From an uncultured virus (IMG/VR IMGVR_UViG_3300025139_000008) (Duplodnaviria; Heunggongvirae; Uroviricota; Caudoviricetes), in IMG/VR virus record IMGVR_UViG_3300025139_000008: a stretch of DNA of 64,000 nt, one strand, 5' to 3'. Made by a program: the position numbers and the translations under genes. The notes below the pieces were generated by a model. The model made no database searches and was not told the origin of the DNA. It was given only the letters and a program-made list of their open reading frames with translations. Every line of letters starts with the position of its first letter. The stretch's first letter is position 1. Below are positions 57,501 through 64,000 of the stretch, piece by piece.

Positions 57501-59238
57501 GGACGGAAGCACGTTCACGATCGATGAGAACCCGTGGAAATATGGTCAACGCTGGGAGCCCGGCGCTGAAATCACCTTCTCCGGACTGGGGGGGGGAAAT
57601 ATCTCAGCATCGTTTGATACGATGCCACGGAATGATTTTTACTTCTCAAGCTCTTCTGGATCACAGATCGTCAAGATCGATTTCGGATCGGGTGATACCA
57701 AGATCATTCAAGGGTTTCGCATTTTCCAAAATAACGGTGTTTCTCAGGGAACGTGGAGCTTCCAAGGGAGCAACGATGACGTTAACTGGGTAGACGTTGA
57801 TGCTGGTTGGGACTGGACCCCTATCACTGTCGCCGGCCTTGTCTACCTTGAACGTGAGTTCGCCAATTTGGCGGCTTTCAGATATTATCGATTCACCAAG
57901 ACAGCGGGAAGCACTTCCAACTCTCCCTACGTTAATTGGTTTCAGTTCCGCTACGCTCAGACCTATTTCAGCGGCGGTAATGGCGCTGTAGGGATCGACG
58001 ACGAAGGCGTTGAGGTCGTCCCTGAGGCAGCCCGCATAAACTTCGTTGGTGCCGGGGTAACTGTCACTGACGCTGGTAGTGGTCAGGTAGAAGTCAACAT
58101 CCCCGGTGGAGGCGGGGGCGGCGGCGGCGGCGCTGTGGCGATCGAAGATGAAGGGGTGGAAGTCATCTCCGAGGCTTCGCGCCTGAACTTTACCGGCGAC
58201 GGTGTTACCGTTACCGATTCAGGTGCAGGTGAAGTCGAGATCAACGTCACCGGTGGTTCCGGCGGTGGGGTTGTAGGTAGCTCTTTGGCGAACCCACCTA
58301 GTATCCGGGCAACCAGCGCGGCACAGGCTTTCAACGCAAATTCCGTTGTGGTCAATTGGCCGAGCGGGACGGTGGCTGGTGATTTGGTTCTTATTTTCAC
58401 AGGACATGGCTGGGAAACCTTAGCACCTGTTGGTTGGTCACAATACGCAAACCTTATTGGAACAGGATCAAACGGAGCTGTGCTTGGACGCATCATGACA
58501 CCTGCTGATATATCGTCCGGGTCTGTGACCGTAACTTTTGGAGGCTCGTTCAACGGCGTGGTCCAAGCAGTCAGCATCGTTGGTAGCACAGTGGCCGGTA
58601 TTCGCAGCGTAACTGGGTTCCGAAGTGGTTCGGCTGCATCTACCATTCCTTTGAATGGTGATAGTTCTTCTGACCGAGATTTGGCACTTGGTTTTGCCTT
58701 CAATCGAGCAGCTTCAAACAACAGCTTACCAGCAAACTGGACGACATTGGCGTCTGTCAACGCCGCTAATGGCTCAAGCGTTTTTGGTCGTATTTCGAAC
58801 AACCCACCGGTCATAATCCAAGACAACGCCACTTCTTCCGCCACCGGCCCCGGACGATACTCAGCAGTTGTCTCTCTAATTGGTGTGGTGACCTCCACCT
58901 TATTGGACTTCGATATTTCTTCGTATTTCCAAGGTGTTCCTCCGGGTCTTTTCGAAGTGTTCACCTACACCGCTACACGGGACTTCACGCTCCCAATCAA
59001 TTTCGAAGGATCGTTCGCTTACGCAAATATCACACCCATCGGTCCTGTGACTTTCCAGATCAAGAAGAATGACACGGTTATCGGAACCGTAAGCTTCGCT
59101 TTTGGAGAAAATACAGGAACATTCGTAGCCGCTGAGGGTGCATCGTTTGTTGCTGGAGACCGTTTGTCAGTGGTTAGTCCATCTGATGTTAGTGAATTAG
59201 CTAACCTTTCGGTGAGTTTCGCAGGAACAAGAGTATGA
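54547..59238 (+). CDS. large tail fibre with 11 internal ~36 aa repeats and discoidin-like domains
   Basis: Repeat D.E.VRD.I...LVAG.N.TI..ND..NTITI at about 56250-57495; W..YDFG and W.FQGSND segments. Confidence 0.8.
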   Translation: MPSTPILGITQVSTSQNGKETTINDAIIALENATNAKLAVSMAAGNVTLSVPEATRNFIFTAAGATEASELLFPIEVNGNPYNRVIVVRNVSGHGLTVRFVSGGGDTVTIPNGESRLISAADGLDMSVAAEPPSVITFLSLTDAPETFTGQTGKFLSVNETETALEFTDAAVFPTLAGNANRFLKVNSGATGVEWSEIDFAGAFTELSDTPASYAGQGGKLVRVNDLATGLEFVEASDAEAVNFQEASRWRILLLEPGVWPENPPGVEPGDPEFIEQTDQVGFGEVEFLDQDGIDLTGTGTATASNFLTGNEPSRAFNNNTDPADGWLTEATYVGEVWIEYDFGAPVAPRRVRLSSIDSFPQYGTTRFLIQYWDGSAWISLGDRSPAPWESGVPQTFKINGIPLDFLEEAPSNGSLYGRIDGEWLKINAEVVSDNTTTSNLDASQTFQYRRYINEGTKTLNIRANIDHPTPADGEWYVYVAVGAALSIVPAPGVTVNAPAGGSLIVPLNGTVRIKRVAVDVYDVFGDTVSSGGVGAEDIPPIIGNENKLLAVKPDASGIEWITPPVTYTDENARDALATALVAGTNVTIVNNDAANTITISAASIGLDAEQVRDTIGAALRAGTNLSWSINDAGDTITISTSALDAEGVRDTIGASLVAGANMAISVNDAANTISLAATMDTEVIQDIVADTLVAGSNTLITYDDVTGTITIDSLGGGGGGGLDAEQVRDVVGATLAAGNNITINVNDAADTITIDSTTDPEVVRDTISSALVAGSNVTIVHNDAANTITVSVAMDQEVIRDTIGSALVAGDGITITPNDAGNTITITATGGGGGGSTDPEIVRDVIGTALVAGANVTITVNDLGDTITIAASGGLDAEAVRDTIGATLVAGTNITVDVNDAANTITISSATNPETIRDTMASALVAGANITITPNDAADTITITAASDPEFVRDTIATALVAGSNILITHDDVANTITVDSLIADGSTFTIDENPWKYGQRWEPGAEITFSGLGGGNISASFDTMPRNDFYFSSSSGSQIVKIDFGSGDTKIIQGFRIFQNNGVSQGTWSFQGSNDDVNWVDVDAGWDWTPITVAGLVYLEREFANLAAFRYYRFTKTAGSTSNSPYVNWFQFRYAQTYFSGGNGAVGIDDEGVEVVPEAARINFVGAGVTVTDAGSGQVEVNIPGGGGGGGGGAVAIEDEGVEVISEASRLNFTGDGVTVTDSGAGEVEINVTGGSGGGVVGSSLANPPSIRATSAAQAFNANSVVVNWPSGTVAGDLVLIFTGHGWETLAPVGWSQYANLIGTGSNGAVLGRIMTPADISSGSVTVTFGGSFNGVVQAVSIVGSTVAGIRSVTGFRSGSAASTIPLNGDSSSDRDLALGFAFNRAASNNSLPANWTTLASVNAANGSSVFGRISNNPPVIIQDNATSSATGPGRYSAVVSLIGVVTSTLLDFDISSYFQGVPPGLFEVFTYTATRDFTLPINFEGSFAYANITPIGPVTFQIKKNDTVIGTVSFAFGENTGTFVAAEGASFVAGDRLSVVSPSDVSELANLSVSFAGTRV

Positions 59239-60272
59239 TTTACGAGTTAATTGGTTTTGACGAGTTCGAGACACTTGAAGATGTTCAAAGGACTTTTTCA
59301 ACTGTAGGTGCAGGCTGCTCGTTGGTAACCGATACAGAATCTGGGAGAGGAAAAGCCCTCCGGATCGTTTCCGGTGGTGGCTCGGTTCTCGTCCCTGTAT
59401 CCCCGCCGCCTTTGACAGTAATGGGTGCTTCTTTCCGTGTCCGTGTCATAAGCATGGAAAGTCAATCGAACCGACGCATCCTGTATCGCGTAGAGCGTGA
59501 TGGTGTTGCTCAATACTCTTTACAGATGGATAACATCGGTAGACTTTATACGACCACAGCCGGTGGAACAGGTAATCCCAACGTGACATACCCTGTCCCG
59601 CTGGTTTTTGGGCAGTGGTATCATATCGAAGTCAAAGGTAGGTCAGCCGACTTCGGAGTCGATGGTGGATTCTTTGAAGTAAAGCTCAACGGAAAAACCA
59701 TCATTTACATCGAAAGAGACACAAACAACGTAAACGGTGCGGTTTCGGTGGATTCAGTGAGGCTAAACCTAGCTTTTGCTTTCGGTGGTGTGGTTGATAT
59801 TGATGATATTACCTTATGGGATGAAACTGGTGACGAGAACAATGACTTCCTAGGGGATGTCGAAGTTGAGACTTTGTTCGCAAATGCGGACGGGACCATC
59901 ACCGGGTGGACTCCCAACACCGGAACGGCGTGGGAAGCTGTGGACGATACCAGCGAGGATGGCGACACCACTTACATCTCAAGCTCAACTGTGGGGGGCT
60001 CAGCTTCCTTCGGAGTCACTGACTTAGCCAGCAACCCTACCGAGGTCTTGGCGGTGAAGGTCTTCGGTATAGCTCGTAAAGATGGATTAGGTGACCGGGC
60101 AATTAAGCTAGGTGTGGTCAGTAACGGGATCGTGTCGGAAGGTTTGGAGACAACATTATCGACCAGCTATGGGCCTGTGATAGCTGTGTTCAATAGAGAC
60201 CCTGATGGTGATGTAACTTGGACACCTCTTTCTGTAAATGCATTACAACCACGAGTTAGTTTGACACTATGA
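59235..60272 (+). CDS. virion protein with LamG/ConA-like domain
   Basis: GQWYHIEVK...G.FEVKLNG...IDDI motif. Confidence 0.7.
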   Translation: MIYELIGFDEFETLEDVQRTFSTVGAGCSLVTDTESGRGKALRIVSGGGSVLVPVSPPPLTVMGASFRVRVISMESQSNRRILYRVERDGVAQYSLQMDNIGRLYTTTAGGTGNPNVTYPVPLVFGQWYHIEVKGRSADFGVDGGFFEVKLNGKTIIYIERDTNNVNGAVSVDSVRLNLAFAFGGVVDIDDITLWDETGDENNDFLGDVEVETLFANADGTITGWTPNTGTAWEAVDDTSEDGDTTYISSSTVGGSASFGVTDLASNPTEVLAVKVFGIARKDGLGDRAIKLGVVSNGIVSEGLETTLSTSYGPVIAVFNRDPDGDVTWTPLSVNALQPRVSLTL

Positions 60273-63200
60273 CGGCACGCGTTACTCAGATTGGCATCCA
60301 AGGGCTCGTAAAGGGCGATCCTGACGCACGTCTGGCTCAGATCGGTGTGCAGAGCCTTGTCAAGAATATCCCCGACGTGCGCGTCAGCCAATTGGGTATC
60401 AAGGCGCTTGCCCGGAATAATAAAAACGCCGACGAAATTGAACCCACCACACGACTCCTGCAAGCCACGACCAGTGCCTCGTTAGGTATTCCCGGTGATC
60501 CTTACTACAACAAAGTCTCTCTTCTTCTCCAAGCGGATAAGGGGTTTCGGGACCTGTCGAAATACAATGACTATGTGAACGGAGATAGGGGGTTTTTGTT
60601 CATCCGGGACACGCCGGCTAAGTTCCTAAAGGCATTTGAATCTGTCTCCAGTAACACCATGGGAATCCGTTACGATCGCAATCCAGAGCGGTTCGATTTC
60701 GGACGCGGGGCTTTTACCATTGAGGGCTGGATCAATCGTCCGGCGTTTAGCGGTTTCCGCTATATCATGGGTAACTGGTATCTGAAAACGGAGCGTTCTT
60801 GGTTCATTGGGACCAACAACAACGCCCTGACTTTCAGAGCCTCGATCGATGGGACGGAAGCCAACTTCTTCAATCTCGAAGGAGCGGACTTACCAGCCAA
60901 TACGTGGACTCACATCTGCGTAGAGCGCGACATCGAGGGGACGGTCCGTATGTATGTCAACGGTCAAACCGTGGCAACTGGGACTTTTCCAAATGAAATC
61001 CGAAAGGTTGATACTAAGCTGATCTTGATGGGTAGAAACCACTCATCGTCTATTGGTGGTATGAATAATTTTGAGGGCTTATTGGATGATTTCCGGGTAA
61101 CAAAGGGGGTTGCTCGGTATGCTTCTGATGCCGGGTTTGTCATTCCAACAGCCCCGAATCCGATTGGCCCTGTTGACTACGAGCCATTCAATACCGATCC
61201 TTTCTGGGATAAGACTACGTGTGTCCTCGATCCTTTCGATGGTGCTGCTATTGATTACAAGCGCGGAGCCACGATCACTGGTTTAACCGCAAGTAGCTTA
61301 CAATTCAGCGGCGTCGGAACCATAGCGCATGTGGACGGACAATGGAACTTTGGTGGGCGGACGGAGCCTTTCACCTTTGAAGTCGATATTGGTTGGAATA
61401 GTTCTTCGGGTAACAGTGTCGTTCAGATTATTTGTCCGGGCAACTGGCACCTCGCTACCGGAACTTCTGTTATAGCCTTTCGCGTCTGGAATGGGACATC
61501 TTTTGTTGAGGTGTTTTCGTGGCCCAACATAGATGCTGACTGGTATTTCCCCAGAGCCACTGAAACCACAATAATTACCCGTGACGAGATGGGGGTTTAT
61601 CGGTTCTACCAGCAGGGTAAATACATGGGTAGCGCCGTGGCTCCATTTGCACCTGACACACCGACGGCTGATTTGACCATCAATGCTGACTCGGCTCGCG
61701 TAATCCGCTGCTTGCGGATGACGTGGGACGCCGTTCGTTACCGGGAAGAAGACTTCATCAATAGCCCGATCGCGGATTTACCGCCCCCGCGTAGTGGGCC
61801 GGCTTATGCCGCCCCGATCCTCCCGGATGCGACATACCCCTATGACTTGGCATTCCCTGATCCCAAGGACGGAGCAGTAACTTGGCGGAGCGTTGTCGGT
61901 GCCAGCCCGTCCCCTAGGACTATCCATACTTCTGGTGTTCTTTACGAAGAAGACCCGAATGATCGCTGGCGTTGGGCTACAGGAAATTCTTCCACCACAT
62001 TGTTGGATTATCATAGACTCCTTATCCCTGTTCAATATCTTGATGACATTGATGCAGGTGGAGTCTTCCTTGAATACTCCGCACTAGCGGCTGCCCCTTT
62101 CGATCACGCTGGGAACGGCACCCTCGTGGCGCTCGCGTTGGATAAGAATAGTCAAATGCTAAACGCATCCAGCAGCGACGCTGTTGTGACGGATAAGACT
62201 TTCAAGAACACGCAAGGGGCTATGTTCCTACCAGTGGGAACCCGGACCGTTGAGGTGGGTATCCTAGCTGGGTTGAGTGCTTTCCAAGGTAACTACGTCA
62301 TGAGCCGCATCTCTGCCCGTCTCGTTGACGGGTTTGAGGATGCTCGCGAATATCTCAGCAAACCGACTCAGTTGATGGGCTCGATCATCAAGACTGACAA
62401 TACGGAATGGACCGACGCTCGCGGCGGCACCATTATCGATACAGCAAACCTGAGTTGGCTGGCTACTTCGCTGACCACAACCCAGAGGGTGATGGACCTT
62501 CGGTGTGTGGATGATCTTCCGAGCAGCTACTTCACCAGCATCGACAACGGACTGGCGGCTTTTCGTTTTAAGGCTATCGCAACTCAGAATGAGGTCGATG
62601 ATTTTGGGTGGGCCTATGTCGAGTTTCTGGATGTGTCAGATCAAGTAGTCGGCCGCCGGGTTTTCAGTTCACCTAACCCACGGGTTGCATCGCCAAGGTT
62701 TGTGGGTCTCAATGTCGATTGTCCGATCCCGGTCGGTGCCCGTAAGGTCGTCATGGCTATCATGGGCTCGATGAATTATGGCGAAGTCGTGAATGGCACC
62801 AACCAGATCAATTTCCCGACGAACTTCCACGAGGCATATTGCTACATCCCGGCGTCAGGGGAGATGCCAGTAATCCCGGTCCCGCCGACTCCGGCAGGGG
62901 ATGAGCATTGGGATAACGTAGTCTGCCTTCTGTCTACCCGTAATGGGGTGATCGAGAATCTGGGTAACCCCCGATACAGAGAACACATCGCTCCGGTCGG
63001 TGTGTCCGTAGCCTCGATCGATTCTCCATTCGGAGACACAGCCATAGCGTCCAACTTGTCTCTGGTGACAGGTAATTCGTTCTATGTCGAAGTCAAACTG
63101 GCTGACTTTGAAGGAGGGGCCTTTGGTCCCCAGATGACTTTCGAGGGCTGGTTCTACAGAACTCATCCAGTTAACACAGCGTTACCGAGTATCGGTATTC

Positions 63201-63628
63201 ACAACCAGTTAAACGGTAATAACGGCGCTATTGATGGCGCGACTACTGGTATCCTGATGGATGGTGTGACGACGACAAACGTCCAAAGCATCATCGATCA
63301 GTGGTATCACATCGCCTATTGTCGTGACGAAACTGGTAGAGCGGTTCTGTTCGTAAACGGCGAACGTCAGAATATCGGTAGAACCGCGTTTGCAACGTTG
63401 TGGAACCGGGTTTTCCGGATCGGCCAATGGAATGTCGCATCCAATGTTTTCGGATGGTGCGGGTATTACGACGAAATTCGGATTACCAAAGACGTTGAAC
63501 GATACACCGAAAACTTCACACCTCCGGGCAATCGTTACCCGACCAAGCTGCCTTCTGGGTCGCTTTTGTTGAATGGCGAAACCGGGCGCTTGCTACTCTC
63601 CGGAGACACTGGTGGAATCCTTACCTAA
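60269..63628 (+). CDS. multi-LamG/ConA-domain tail fibre or receptor-binding protein
   Basis: Repeated DP.W..V..LL, FTIEGW, WTH/WYH and G..D..R.TK.V.RY modules. Confidence 0.8.
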   Translation: MTARVTQIGIQGLVKGDPDARLAQIGVQSLVKNIPDVRVSQLGIKALARNNKNADEIEPTTRLLQATTSASLGIPGDPYYNKVSLLLQADKGFRDLSKYNDYVNGDRGFLFIRDTPAKFLKAFESVSSNTMGIRYDRNPERFDFGRGAFTIEGWINRPAFSGFRYIMGNWYLKTERSWFIGTNNNALTFRASIDGTEANFFNLEGADLPANTWTHICVERDIEGTVRMYVNGQTVATGTFPNEIRKVDTKLILMGRNHSSSIGGMNNFEGLLDDFRVTKGVARYASDAGFVIPTAPNPIGPVDYEPFNTDPFWDKTTCVLDPFDGAAIDYKRGATITGLTASSLQFSGVGTIAHVDGQWNFGGRTEPFTFEVDIGWNSSSGNSVVQIICPGNWHLATGTSVIAFRVWNGTSFVEVFSWPNIDADWYFPRATETTIITRDEMGVYRFYQQGKYMGSAVAPFAPDTPTADLTINADSARVIRCLRMTWDAVRYREEDFINSPIADLPPPRSGPAYAAPILPDATYPYDLAFPDPKDGAVTWRSVVGASPSPRTIHTSGVLYEEDPNDRWRWATGNSSTTLLDYHRLLIPVQYLDDIDAGGVFLEYSALAAAPFDHAGNGTLVALALDKNSQMLNASSSDAVVTDKTFKNTQGAMFLPVGTRTVEVGILAGLSAFQGNYVMSRISARLVDGFEDAREYLSKPTQLMGSIIKTDNTEWTDARGGTIIDTANLSWLATSLTTTQRVMDLRCVDDLPSSYFTSIDNGLAAFRFKAIATQNEVDDFGWAYVEFLDVSDQVVGRRVFSSPNPRVASPRFVGLNVDCPIPVGARKVVMAIMGSMNYGEVVNGTNQINFPTNFHEAYCYIPASGEMPVIPVPPTPAGDEHWDNVVCLLSTRNGVIENLGNPRYREHIAPVGVSVASIDSPFGDTAIASNLSLVTGNSFYVEVKLADFEGGAFGPQMTFEGWFYRTHPVNTALPSIGIHNQLNGNNGAIDGATTGILMDGVTTTNVQSIIDQWYHIAYCRDETGRAVLFVNGERQNIGRTAFATLWNRVFRIGQWNVASNVFGWCGYYDEIRITKDVERYTENFTPPGNRYPTKLPSGSLLLNGETGRLLLSGDTGGILT

Positions 63629-63640
63629 AAGGAAATTGAA

Positions 63641-64000
63641 ATGGCTGATAAAGACACATTAGCATTAGACGTAGCGGGCCTGCTGGATGGCTCAGAGCAG
63701 GTTCACATCGTTCAGGACGGGGAGAGCGTGAGGACGAGTGCCGGCGACATTGCCGCTCTCGCGGGCGATCCCGGATCGGTATTTGGTCCTAAGTGGGAGA
63801 TCGCTTTCCAGTGGACGTGGACGACTAACGTCACGATGGTCGATGCAAACAATCTGGGCGATTACAAAGAACTGATTGTTATCTGTAAAGATATTTCAAC
63901 CAGTGCTTCTGTTCTTCGTTTGTTACAGCTTAGCACCAATAACGGAGTGAGCTACTTTTCTGGTGCAACTGACTACACTCTTCTGGCGAATACAGGAACC
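63641..64000 (+). CDS. putative tail protein, truncated by the window end
   Basis: AAGGA RBS; MADKDTLALDVAGLLDGSEQVHIVQDG open to the end. Confidence 0.65.
   Translation, partial: MADKDTLALDVAGLLDGSEQVHIVQDGESVRTSAGDIAALAGDPGSVFGPKWEIAFQWTWTTNVTMVDANNLGDYKELIVICKDISTSASVLRLLQLSTNNGVSYFSGATDYTLLANTGT

Overview
The window is a segment of a large tailed dsDNA phage, phiCbK-like in organisation. The host is inferred to be an alphaproteobacterium from the GTA-type tail-tip genes, a SciP/DUF1153 homologue and CtrA/GANTC motifs. Layout: (1) 1-3.9 kb, small minus-strand hypothetical genes including paralogue families; (2) 4.5-8.6 kb, RuvC-like resolvase, TerS and TerL; (3) 8.6-10 kb, non-coding repeats; (4) 10-26.5 kb, an array of about 29 self-contained mini-operons, almost all built as [CtrA-like (G/T)TAA-N7-TTAA box + GTTAAC half-sites] - [GTGGAAAAAGTGC-TTGACC-GAATC...TAGAAAC-GAATCA promoter] - [GGAGAC RBS] - 1-3 small genes - [intrinsic terminator], with cargo including a SciP-like CtrA inhibitor and an ArfA-like peptide; (5) 27-29.3 kb, PhoH and a CarF/TMEM189-type desaturase; (6) 29.7-64 kb, virion genes: portal, scaffold, major capsid, HNH, neck, tail tube, frameshifted tail chaperone, tape measure, GTA-like tail tip with a duplicated hub/J module, and fibres. 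The best candidate for a novel system is the promoter-cassette array, which appears wired to the host cell-cycle circuit (CtrA, CcrM/GcrA, SciP). Several large structured non-coding leaders are also notable. All protein assignments come from motif recognition by eye; no searches were run.
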